The notes under the pieces: model-generated
Told to the model about the DNA's origin: nothing
Seen by the model: the letters and a program-made list of their open reading frames with translations, nothing else
Database searches by the model: none
DNA from: Piromyces finnis finn
Lineage: Eukaryota; Fungi; Neocallimastigomycota
Length of the DNA: 64,000 nt
Assembly: GCA_002104945.1 (NCBI GenBank)
Contig: MCFH01000055.1
Coordinates: 1 to 64,000 of the forward strand
Direction of reading: 5' to 3'
Shown: positions 42,635 to 53,453 of the stretch, piece after piece
How positions within the stretch are numbered: the stretch's first letter is position 1
How the letters are laid out: every line of letters starts with the position of its first letter
Position numbers and translations under genes: made by a program

Positions 42635-45600
42635 TATATATATATATGTTTAAACATATCTAATTTGTAAAATATCATAAATTTTAAATAAAGTGTCGTC
42701 TCTCATAACGAAATATTTTCTTTATAAGGGAGGATATTCTTCATATGTGTATACCTGGTTAGTTCTTGTCCCGTATTGTAGTCCTTGAGCTTGACTGTAT
42801 TCCAGGCGATATCTAAGATTTGATAAGGTCCTTTAAAATATGGGTCCAATTTTGTTCTGTTGAAATTCCTTAATTTGACTAGATCGCCTATTTTGTATTC
42901 TTCCTTATGATCCATGCTTATTTTACTTTGTCTTCTAGCTTCCCAATACTTTAGAGTACCTAGCATTTTTGAAGCCGCCTTCCTTATCCATTTAGCGTGA
43001 TCCACGAACCTTTCCATTATAATTTCTTCTGTGGATCTTCCTAAAGTTTCTTGATATGTTTCCATTAGCACTAAATCTATTGGGCGTGCATCCTTTCTTC
43101 CATATACAAGTTCAAAACTAGAGAATCCAGTTGTAGTAGATATACTGGTCCTTAACGCCCATAGAGCTACTGGTAAGTATTTGTCCCAGTCTTCATTGTT
43201 CTCTACTAAGAATCGTAGCTGTTTCCCAATTTCCCGATTCTTATTTTCCACTAGACCATTCGACTCTGGGTGATAGGTGGATACGAAGTGTACATAAGTA
43301 TCATATAAATCTAAAAATATTTTTGTATAGTCGGAAGTAAATTGTACACCATTATCCATTAAGACCAATTGTGGGACTCCGTGGCGACTAAATACTTCGG
43401 TTAGGAATTCCGCTACATCTTCTGAGGTGGTCGTTGACAACGCCTTCGCCTCAGGCCATTTTGTAAAATAGTCCACAGCTACAATAATATATTTGTTATC
43501 TTGCACAGTAGTCTTTAACGGGCCTATTATGTCCACGGCTATTCTGACAAATGGTGCTTCGACTGGTGATGCAAATCTCTCGGTTCTTTCAGGTAGGGGT
43601 TGGGACTTCCGTAACTGACAGATTTTACACGTAGAAATATAGGTTTTTATATCTAAAACCATGTTCTTCCAATAATACTTATCCTTGATCCTTTGGTAAG
43701 TTTTCTGCAGTCCTTCATGTGCGATTTTATGGTTTTTCGCGATGACCTGGATCTTTTCCAAGGGTTCGTCAACAATCTTTCTTAAGTTATCATTATCCCT
43801 GAAATATAACAGATTATTTATTCTTATTACTCTTTCTTTTAGAAAGTTTTTCATAACCTCTGAGATATATTTATCATTTTCCTCGTTTTCTTCTTCTGAC
43901 ATTAATTCAGGCATCTTAGTAGGTTCTTCTACAACTTGTTTTCTCTGTTTCCGAGCTAATAAAGATTCTTCTTCATCACTTTCGCTTTCATTATTTTCTG
44001 ACTCAAGGTTGGTATCATTTAGTGTACTAACTATTGCATTTGCGTTCGCTTCCTGACTGTTATCCTCTTTTAATGACATCCGGGATAATGCGTCAGCTAA
44101 AATATTCGCTTTTCCAGGTTGATATCTTACTTCTACCATATTTTGGCTAAAGTCATTAACCCAGCGAGCGTGTTTTGAAGTTTGAGGTTCATTTTTACTA
44201 ATGATAGCAACTAGCGGAAGGTGGTCCGTATATAAAATAGTTTTGTACGGATTTCCTAGGACATAATGACGAAATTCCATCAGGCAATAATGAGCAGCGG
44301 TACCTTCCAGTTCAGTAATAGGGTAGTTTAATTCAGCTTTCTTTAGTGCACGACTAGCATACTTTATAGGATGCTCTACCCCGTCCTCCAAAAGTTGCAA
44401 TAATACGCCGCCAATACCACTGAAACTGGCGTCCGAGCGGATAATGAAAGGAATATCATAACGAGGAAAACACAGAATAGGGGAAGAGGCCAAATATTCT
44501 TTAGCAGCAACGAACGACGAATTACACTCAGAATCCCAAATAAACTTGGCGTCTTTTCTAAGGAGTTTATTTAAGGGGGCAGTAATAGAAGCAAAGTGAT
44601 CAATAAATTCCCTATAATAACCAACCATTCCAAGAAAAGAACGAAGTTCAGTAACAGATTTAGGAGGATCTAGTTTGAGTATATTATCAACCTTAGATTT
44701 AATAGGAAGAAGACCATTAATAGAAACAACATGACCCAACACTTCAACTTCCTGTAAACAGAAGTGACACTTCTCAATGTTGACCTTTAAACCATTATCG
44801 CGAAGGATCTGGAAAACCTTTTTGATATCACGAAGATGTTGTGAGTAAGAAGGAGAATAAATAATTATGTCATCAAGGTATACTTGAATACAAACATTGA
44901 GGAGGTCAAAGAAGATACGATTCATCTCTCTTTGAAAGGTCGCCGGCGCGTTTGTTAAACCAAAAGGCATGACTACGTAATCAAAATTTCCAAAACGCGT
45001 GGTAATAGCTGTAATACATTGGTCATCTGGCAGCATAGGAATTTGGTGGTATCCACTGAATAGATCTAAGGCCGTGAAAAATCTTGCACCAGTCATGGAT
45101 TCAAAAGCTTCTCTAATGTTGGGAATAGAGTAAGCATCCTTTACAGTAATATTATTGACTTTTCTATAATCTGCACAAAGACGCCATTTATTGTGCTTCT
45201 TAGGAACCATTACAATGGGAGAAGCCCAAGGGGAATGGGATGGAACAATAAGGCCTTTATCCAGTAGTTTTTGAAGTTCACCCTTAAGAGCAGCTAGTTG
45301 AACTTGTGACAACTTCCGAACTTTAGCTTTAATGGGTTTAGCGCCCTCAACAAGTTCAATGTGGTGTGACCGGAGTTTTGAACGTTGGAGATCATCAGTG
45401 GAACAAGCAATAACATCACGAAAAGAAAATAGAAGACTTTGAAAATCATCTACAACAATCGGTTCTTCAGACTTATATGAAGGAATAAGATTATGTAACT
45501 CCTCAACTTTACCTAGAATTAAATCCTCCTTATTAAGAATAGGCTCGTTCTTGAGAGCAGCTACAATTGGTTTCCTATCAGAAGAGGGAAATAAGTAACA

Positions 45601-46584
45601 GTAATAGCACAAAGAGTTAAAAGAATTAATATCAATAATAGGAGTGAGAGGTTCCAGAGTACCTTGACGTGTCTTAACACAAACAGTTTTATCGACTGCA
45701 TCAACAATAATCCGTTGATCATGTTGAACTTTCAAACCAATCAGAGCATCATAAAATACGTCGTCATTATCGCAAATGCGGAATAGGACCGGAAAGGTAA
45801 GAGAACCAATACACACATTGAGTTCAACCAAATCAAAGGTACGAAGGTTATCATCAGCCATAGCCTGTTGAATTTTGCTGTATACTTGGCCTTCAATTTT
45901 GAAATCGTTTATATTATCTAACAAGAATTTCCTCGAAACCAAGTTAATATTACTGCAGGAATCAACTAAAAGAAAAGCCTTATGTCCATTCAGTAAGGCA
46001 TGAACTACGGCAATGTCGTGGTCTTTTACGGCACCCGACACATAGTCGTGATGAGGATTATTAACGACTTGTAGTTCCAGCGGCTTATTATCCTGTTCGA
46101 CCATACCCATGACAATAGAGCTAGAGGGAACACGTTCCTTCTTTAAGTTGTTGGCAAGATCCATACGAGATTGGTTGGATAATTCCAAGAGTTGGGCGAA
46201 AGTCACATTAGCCTTAGTATTTTTCAAGTCTTCGCAGATATCATATCTATTTGTCCCTTGAGATAACTTCATGACTTGTATAGTTTTCTCTTTTGGGCCT
46301 AAGGGCTGTACAAGTGCGCTTCCGATATTAGGAGAGGAAGTAATAGGACTTTTACTTTTCTTTTCACTTTTCGGCTTGGAAACATTTTTAAAAGATACAG
46401 ATTTAACATGGCTCTCGGACTTACGGACATCTGGAGGTGCCTGAGTTTGTTCAAAATCCATTTCAACCCTACTTACGTTTGGGAACGAGGGGGATTCGAA
46501 CGCATTACCTGGGGACTGGGGGTTCGAGACAGTGCCCGCTGCACCATTGTGGTTATTTTCCTGAAAATTTTTTGAAGAGGGAAG
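41782..46584 (-). mobile_element. 5'-truncated Ty3/gypsy element E
   Basis: Pol ORF, a PPT-like GAGGGGATTTT followed by TGATA at 42200, and a putative 3' LTR 41782-42200 (TGATA...TATCA). Gag and the 5' LTR are missing. Confidence 0.75.
42703..46584 (-). CDS. pol: Pol of element E (PR-RT-RH-IN); frame open up to the LTR junction at 46585
   Basis: LVDSCS, YLDDII, SDAS and integrase HHCC/DDE/GPY motifs. In-frame codons without stops continue upstream of the annotated Met 46461 to 46584. Confidence 0.9.
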   Translation of the reverse strand, partial: LPSSKNFQENNHNGAAGTVSNPQSPGNAFESPSFPNVSRVEMDFEQTQAPPDVRKSESHVKSVSFKNVSKPKSEKKSKSPITSSPNIGSALVQPLGPKEKTIQVMKLSQGTNRYDICEDLKNTKANVTFAQLLELSNQSRMDLANNLKKERVPSSSIVMGMVEQDNKPLELQVVNNPHHDYVSGAVKDHDIAVVHALLNGHKAFLLVDSCSNINLVSRKFLLDNINDFKIEGQVYSKIQQAMADDNLRTFDLVELNVCIGSLTFPVLFRICDNDDVFYDALIGLKVQHDQRIIVDAVDKTVCVKTRQGTLEPLTPIIDINSFNSLCYYCYLFPSSDRKPIVAALKNEPILNKEDLILGKVEELHNLIPSYKSEEPIVVDDFQSLLFSFRDVIACSTDDLQRSKLRSHHIELVEGAKPIKAKVRKLSQVQLAALKGELQKLLDKGLIVPSHSPWASPIVMVPKKHNKWRLCADYRKVNNITVKDAYSIPNIREAFESMTGARFFTALDLFSGYHQIPMLPDDQCITAITTRFGNFDYVVMPFGLTNAPATFQREMNRIFFDLLNVCIQVYLDDIIIYSPSYSQHLRDIKKVFQILRDNGLKVNIEKCHFCLQEVEVLGHVVSINGLLPIKSKVDNILKLDPPKSVTELRSFLGMVGYYREFIDHFASITAPLNKLLRKDAKFIWDSECNSSFVAAKEYLASSPILCFPRYDIPFIIRSDASFSGIGGVLLQLLEDGVEHPIKYASRALKKAELNYPITELEGTAAHYCLMEFRHYVLGNPYKTILYTDHLPLVAIISKNEPQTSKHARWVNDFSQNMVEVRYQPGKANILADALSRMSLKEDNSQEANANAIVSTLNDTNLESENNESESDEEESLLARKQRKQVVEEPTKMPELMSEEENEENDKYISEVMKNFLKERVIRINNLLYFRDNDNLRKIVDEPLEKIQVIAKNHKIAHEGLQKTYQRIKDKYYWKNMVLDIKTYISTCKICQLRKSQPLPERTERFASPVEAPFVRIAVDIIGPLKTTVQDNKYIIVAVDYFTKWPEAKALSTTTSEDVAEFLTEVFSRHGVPQLVLMDNGVQFTSDYTKIFLDLYDTYVHFVSTYHPESNGLVENKNREIGKQLRFLVENNEDWDKYLPVALWALRTSISTTTGFSSFELVYGRKDARPIDLVLMETYQETLGRSTEEIIMERFVDHAKWIRKAASKMLGTLKYWEARRQSKISMDHKEEYKIGDLVKLRNFNRTKLDPYFKGPYQILDIAWNTVKLKDYNTGQELTRYTHMKNILPYKENISL

Positions 46585-47419
46585 TGTAAAATATTGTATT
46601 AATAGAATAATGTATTTAATACGTATTTAAAATAATGTATAATGTATTAAATTAATGTACCGTAAATCTTATTCTTTAATTACAAAAATTTATATCACAA
46701 TATATTAACATAAATTTATGTAAATTTTATTTTTTAATTACAAAAATTTATATCACAATACATTAACATAAATTTATGTAAAATATAATTTTATGATAAG
46801 ATAAAGTTTTTGATGATAAAATAAAATTTTAAATTAAATAAATTTTAACCAATAAATATTTTAGATAGTAAAAAATTTTTTTTTATAAACTAAGCCTCAA
46901 AATTAGAAATAAATAAATTGAATATATGTTTGAAATATAATCAACCATATAGTAAATAAATCAAAACTTTATTTTAAGTTTAGAAAATTCTTTAGTAAAT
47001 AAATTGAATTTAAATAGTTTAATACAAATAATTTCTTTTAATAAATGTATAAATGTAAACAATGTAAAATTATAATATTAAAACATGTATATTAGAATTT
47101 ATTCAATTTATTTAAAAAGTATAAATAAAGAAAATTTTTCAACTATTGAAACGATAGTTGGAAAATCGTATAGGTTAATTTAGTTTAGATAAATTAATAT
47201 TAGTTAATAATTAGTTTAGCTTTAATTAATAATTGATTACCTAGTGAGGGCTCTGGTAAAATAACCTTCACGGTAAAGTAATCAACGGTTGTTTTAGTTT
47301 TAGTTTAGTTTAGTTTAATATAATTTAATAAATAAAAAGTTTAATAATAAATAAATTTATAACTAGTGTTAGTTTGATTTAGTGTATACAAACCTGAACT
47401 TAGCATATAATATTTTACA
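46585..47419. mobile_element. Solo LTR (835 bp) at a rearrangement junction
   Basis: 11-bp terminal inverted repeat TGTAAAATATT/AATATTTTACA and an internal duplication of about 57 bp. Flanks do not match (GGAAG vs CGATT). Confidence 0.75.
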
Positions 47420-47437
47420 CGATTCCCCGATGCGGAA
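47420..47437 (+). pseudogene. 3' remnant of tRNA-Glu (TTC)
   Basis: CGATTCCCCGATGCGGAA is identical to the last 18 nt of the tRNA-Glu at 29205-29276. Confidence 0.9.
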
Positions 47438-47447
47438 ATCTTTAAAA

Positions 47448-47521
47448 GCTCGCGTAGCCTAATTGGATAGGGCGTCAGACTTCTAATCTGAAGATTGCGG
47501 GTTCGAGTCCCGCCGTGAGTG
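47448..47521 (+). tRNA. trnR-TCT: tRNA-Arg (TCT)
   Basis: Same sequence as 29122-29195 but with a paired G7-C66; the downstream flank is homologous to 28990-29120 reversed. Confidence 0.95.
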
Positions 47522-48400
47522 AAAAAAAATTATTTTATAGAATATTCATTAAGATAAAATAGGTAGTTTTATTTACTTATCATATCATATATGCATTGCA
47601 TTTCTTATTTTATAAATATATAATTCATTTATTCATTTGCCAAAATGAATTTTCTATATTATATTAACTTTAGAAGAATAAGTTATTAGGAATAGCAATT
47701 AAATAGTTAAATAACAAAAGGTTTTATTTTTTGTTTAATAATTTCTTTTTTATTTTAATATTTTAAATGAAATTTACGGTAGATTTGATTAATACTATAA
47801 GAGCATTATTATTAAATTTTATATAAATAATTAATCTTTTAAAAAGACGTAGGTTTCAATTCAACTTAACTCAGCTCAACTATTATATATCTATCTATTA
47901 TTTTTGAATTACTAAAGTTAAGTAATTTAAAATTTTATTCTAATTATTGGAGAGAATAATTTATAAAACTTATAAAAAGGGAAACTATTTTTGAATATTA
48001 AATCATTAAAGCATTAATAAAATTATAAAATACTGCATTTTATGAGTTTGTAGAGTGTATAGTTGATTTTAATATTTTAATATTAATATATATTATTCTA
48101 CTATAGTTTAATTTATTATCAGCGTCAAATCCCAAAATATATTAACATGGTGTTTTTGTATTCTTAATGAGGTATAATTACTTCTTATTATGTGGAAATA
48201 ATTCTATATAATTTTATACTCAAGGATTTATAATTTATGCCAAATTATAAAATTAAACTTAATGTTTTCTTGGAAATATCAAAGACTAGAATTATTTTCA
48301 AATATTCTTATTTCTTAAGACAAATAGATAATAGATGGAAGCATTTCTATTAAATGCTTTATAAATTCTAATAGATATATCATATATATTATACAAATTT

Positions 48401-48669
48401 AATATATAATACAATAATTACCATATTAAAATACAAGCTCTGCTATTAATTTTAATATATAATACAATAATTACCATATTAAAATACAAGCTCTGCTATT
48501 AATTTTAATATATAATACAATAATTACCATATTAAAATATAAGCTCTGCTATTAATTTAATATATAATACAATAATTACCATATTAAAATATAAGCTCTG
48601 CTATTAATTTAATATATAATACAATAATTACCATATTAAAATATAAGCTCTGCTATTAATTTAATATAT
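48401..48669. repeat. Five tandem copies of a 52-53-bp minisatellite
   Basis: Unit AATATATAATACAATAATTACCATATTAAAATA[C/T]AAGCTCTGCTATTAATTT(T); no spacers. Confidence 0.9.
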
Positions 48670-49296
48670 TGAATATATATGATTTTTATAACACTTTATA
48701 TTTGTGAATTTCTTTTAACATTTCTTGGAATTTTATTTAAATTATTTAAGGAAAAGATAATTTACAATATTATCCTTTAATATTTCTTGGGATTATACTT
48801 AAATTATTTAGGAGAAAAATAGTTTACAATATTATTCTTTAATTTCTTCTAAGACAAATCAAATAAATGAGCGAATGTGCGGTTCTTTCTAATCGTAATT
48901 ATTATTAAATATTTATGACTAATATAAAACTATCACTTAAATTGCTTTATTAAATATTTATATATATAAAAGCATTTCTAGTGAATTAAAGGAATAAACC
49001 TTTATTTAAATACATAGTCATAAAAAATACTAATATTTCATAATTAAAATTGTTAAACTGGTGAGATTAATGATATATATTGTTTTTAATCTAATAATGA
49101 TAAATGGACATTAATTAATCAATTCGATAATATTTAATTGAAATTTGTTTTTAAAAATACTTTCAGAATTCATGATTAGCAGGATCATATAACATTTCTT
49201 ATATTATATATTTTGATTTTAGTAAAAATTTATAAATATAAATATAAATATAAATATAATAAATAAAAAGTGGTATATTTATATTTTTTATTAAAA

Positions 49297-49368
49297 TGGA
49301 GAGTGAGTGATTCGAACACCCAACCTTCCGCTCTGGAGGCGGACGCGCTACCGTTGCGCCAACCCTCC
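49297..49368 (-). tRNA. trnW-CCA: tRNA-Trp (CCA)
   Basis: Identical to the 26966-27037 copy. Confidence 0.95.
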
Positions 49369-49382
49369 CACTTCATTGACTG

Positions 49383-50032
49383 TGATATAAGGCAAACTTA
49401 AATGATTATAAAAACAACAATAATTATTAATGAAGAAATAAAATTATATAAGTAAGTTCTAATTAACAATTTAATATTAAACTTAAAAACAAATTTATAA
49501 TAAATAAATAAATAAGATAAAATTAAATGTAGAAATAAATTAATAAATATTAAAATAATAATTCAAAACAAAGTTAAATTTAGTTATAATTAATTAGTAT
49601 TTAAGTAAAAAAATAAATAAATAAACAAATAATTATTTTTAAAATTCCGATATTATTAACATGTAAATAAACTATAATGTAATTAATAATTAGATATTTA
49701 TAATTAAATATTTGTTTATAACAAAACATAATTAAAGAAGATAAATTAAAGTTTATATTAATAGAAAAATATAAATAATCTTTTAATTCCTTTATTTAAA
49801 CATTATTATTAGTATAGTTAATAATCATAAACACATTATTTTTAATAAAATTTAACTAATAAAATAGTTATTAATAAAACATTTTATTTTTTTTTTATAA
49901 ATTTTGTGTTTTAATAAAACAAATTATTTATTTTTTTTTTTTGTTACAAATTATTATCACTTTTAATAACTTCAAGTTATTAAATTAAGATAATAATAAG
50001 TTATTATATAAGAAATATATAACATTGTAACA
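49383..50032 (+). mobile_element. Solo LTR (650 bp, TGATA...TAACA), 14 bp upstream of tRNA-Trp
   Basis: 4-bp TSD ACTG (49379-49382 and 50033-50036); carries the TATCACTTT...AATTAAGATAAT motif shared with the A, B and mini LTRs. Confidence 0.8.
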
Positions 50033-50034
50033 AC

Positions 50035-50528
50035 TGTAAGAAATATTTGTGGCCATAAGTTTGCCCACAAATATTTCAATTGAAACCATATATTCTGGTC
50101 ACCATTTATTGGCCAAATATATGCATAACCATATATTAATGGTTATTAATTAAATAGGAAGTTTATTTGCTTTACCCAATCAAGTGGTAAAGAAAATAAA
50201 CTCATATAGTTAAATAGTATAGTCAAAACTAACGTTAAATACTTTAGCGTTAGTATTAAAGTAAATTAATAACTATAATAATAATTAATGTAGATAATTA
50301 TAATTAATAAATAAAAGATATAATTAAAATATAATTATTAAGTAAAAGTTATTTCATAAAATATTTATATAAGTGTTTATATTTATTTTAGTGTTATAAT
50401 ATTTATTTTCCTTCTTTTATTATTTTTTATAAAACTTTATTTAGTTATTAACTCGTATAGAGAGGTAATAACTAACTTAATTAACTAATTAAAAAACCTA
50501 TTAACTAATATTATAAAAACCTTTTACA
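50035..50528 (+). mobile_element. Solo LTR of the C/D family (D subtype)
   Basis: 494 bp, near-identical to the D LTRs; TSD TTGAC (49376-49380 and 50529-50533). Confidence 0.95.
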
Positions 50529-50535
50529 TTGACTT

Positions 50536-52478
50536 TGATAAATAATTAAATTTATAAATTATAAATTAATAATAATAATAATAATAATAATTAAAATATA
50601 GATAAAAATTTAAAATATTTAACATGTATAAAATTATTAAATTAAAAATTATAAACGTAAACTTTTTGTTTATTTAATTGTTTATTTCTTTTTAAATTAA
50701 ATAGTTTATATTTGTTTATAATTATATCTTAAAATAATAATTTTGTATAAATAGTGATAGAATTACTTATTTTTAAAAATGTTCCTAATAATCAGTCAAA
50801 ATTAGATAATAATATTAAATTTATTAAAATAATACTTATAATTATATTCATATACATACCGAGATGTATTAATAACAAAATATATATATATTTAATAATA
50901 CTAGAGTTATTAAATATCAAAATTTATAATTAAATAAACATTATTTTATAAAACTAACTAATACTTGAAAATGAACAAGTATAAAAATCATTTATTTTTA
51001 TTTTCTTTATTTTTATTTATTAAATATTTTTTTTTAGATACAAATATTATCACTTTCTATATTCATTTATGGAATTAAGATAATATTTTTCTACGTATCA
51101 AATGGTGGAGAATCCAAAAATCTATTGCGTAGCTAGTCTTAAGGCCGGAGGGAATTACGTGAACCTCTCTGTTCCCCATAGAAAACTACTACTACTGCAT
51201 CAGTTTTAACAAAATTTAATTAATTTCAGAATTAATTAAAAATCGGAATTAACAATACTTCAACAATATATATTAATTTATTCCAATATATTATTAATAT
51301 ATATTAAAAAAAATTTTCACAAATATTTAATTCCAATAATTAAATAAATAACATTAATATCAAAATTTTAAATATTCAAATTATTTAAAATAAAATCAGT
51401 ATTATAATACAAAAACATTATAATATAATTCAATTATAAATCCATAATCAATTATAATATATACCAATTATATATTATAAAATAATAAAATTATAATGTA
51501 TATTTCACTCATATAGAAAAACATTATATCCCAACTGCCCTGCTCTTCTGAAAGCCTTTAAAAATTTCAAAATAATATGTGGATAATGGAATAAAAGTAT
51601 CAGAAAATAAACTTTAAATAATAATAAACCTTAAGTAAGCTTTAATTAATGTGGATATAAATGAAGAATAAAATTATTTGAAAAAGACACTGCAGCTACT
51701 ATGAAAAACTATCCGGAAAATTATATATTAAAAATAAATTAATGGAGGACAATGGAAATTAAACATGCATATAAAGAAAGAAAGAAGAAAATCCTAAGAA
51801 GAAAAAGAAGTAATAAAATGAAGATCTTTAATTACTTATAAAATTTAATTCTTTATCTATTATTTTTCTTTTCGTAACTTCAAGGGACGAAGTTATATCT
51901 TAAGGGCGAAGATATTGATAAATAATTAAATTTATAAATTATAAATTAATAATAATAATAATAATAATAATTAAAATATAGATAAAAATTTAAAATATTT
52001 AACATGTATAAAATTATTAAATTAAAAATTATAAACGTAAACTTTTTGTTTATTTAATTGTTTATTTCTTTTTAAATTAAATAGTTTATATTTGTTTATA
52101 ATTATATCTTAAAATAATAATTTTGTATAAATAGTGATAGAATTACTTATTTTTAAAAATGTTCCTAATAATCCGTCAAAATTAGATAATAATATTAAAT
52201 TTATTAAAATAATACTTATAATTATATTCATATACATACCGAGATGTATTAATAACAAAATATATATATATTTAATAATACTAGAGTTATTAAATATCAA
52301 AATTTATAATTAAATAAACATTATTTTATAAAACTAACTAATACTTGAAAATGAACAAGTATAAAAATCATTTATTTTTATTTTCTTTATTTTTATTTAT
52401 TAAATATTTTTTTAGATACAAATATTATCACTTTCTATATTCATTTATGGAATTAAGATAATATTTTTCTACGTATCA
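50536..52478 (+). mobile_element. Non-autonomous mini LTR retroelement (TRIM/LARD-like)
   Basis: Near-identical LTRs 50536-51100 and 51916-52478, PBS TGGTGGAGAATCC at 51103-51115, non-coding interior of about 800 bp, PPT at about 51902-51915 and 4-bp TSD ACTT. Confidence 0.92.
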
Positions 52479-52499
52479 ACTTCTATTAATTTTGTTATG

Positions 52500-53134
52500 G
52501 TATGATATTACCTTAATTCTATAAATGAATATAGAAAGTGACAATCTGTATCTAAAATTTAATAAATAGAAATAAAAAAAAAAAAATAAATGATTTTTAT
52601 ACTTGTTCATTTGAAAATCTTTGTTAATTTAAAATATAAATTTATTTTATTTGTTCATTTGCAAGTCCTTGTTAGTTAAAAATATAAATTTATTTTATTT
52701 AATTATAAAGTTTTAATATTTAATAACTCTTGTATTATTAAATATATATATATATTATTATTATTCAATACATCTCGTATATGTATTATTATAATTACAA
52801 ATATTATTTTATATAAATTATATATCTAATTTTACTGGATTATTAGGAACCATTTAATAAATTTAATATAATATATCTAATTTTGACGGATTATTAGGAA
52901 CAATTTTTAAAATAAAGTAATTCTAACACTATTTATACATTTATATTATTTTAAAGTATTATATTAATAAACAATTAATTAGCTATTTAATTAATTAATA
53001 AATAAATAAGTAGTTTCTTGTTTACATTTATAATTTTAAAATTAATAATTTATATAAATACTTTAGTACTAATTTAATTATTTATTTGTGTTTAAAATAA
53101 TGTTATTAATAAGTAGGGTTAGAGCATTATGACC

Positions 53135-53135
<1 letters not shown>
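52500..53135 (-). mobile_element. Diverged LTR relic of the mini-element family
   Basis: Colinear with 1134-1620 (GAATATAGAAAGTG, TTTTTATACTTGTTCATTT, GGATTATTAGGAAC). Confidence 0.55.
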
Positions 53136-53171
<36 letters not shown>

Positions 53172-53453
53172 TGTGAAATAAATTTAATTAATAAATAATT
53201 TTATTAATAAGGTTAACAAAGAGGAAAAGTTACATTGTAAATATTACAGTTATATAATGAGATGTAAGGTCATGTGACCATAGAAAATAAAATAAAATAA
53301 ATAAAAAATAACTTTCTCTACAACACGTAGACATTACGTTTACAAGACTTTAAATACATGTTTATGTTTTTATAAAATAGTCACGTGTGTAATAAATATA
53401 TGATATAGATAAATAAAATTATGTGTCCATAAATGTTCATACTCCCCCTCAAA

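Noticed and set aside
46530-46550. TGGTGCAGCGG after ...ACA on the minus strand looked like a PBS, implying a naturally gag-less element E
   Set aside because: The pol frame runs without stops through it to 46584, and no matching LTR follows. Truncation explains it better.
46574-46584. GAAGAGGGAAG before the LTR looked like a polypurine tract
   Set aside because: It is the reverse complement of in-frame E codons, and there is no plus-strand element upstream.
48401-48669. CRISPR-like regular array
   Set aside because: Contiguous repeats with no unique spacers, no cas genes and a eukaryotic context.
52109-52300. 63-aa ORF, and the 68-aa ORF at 60208-60414
   Set aside because: Both lie inside LTR sequence and show no protein-like features.
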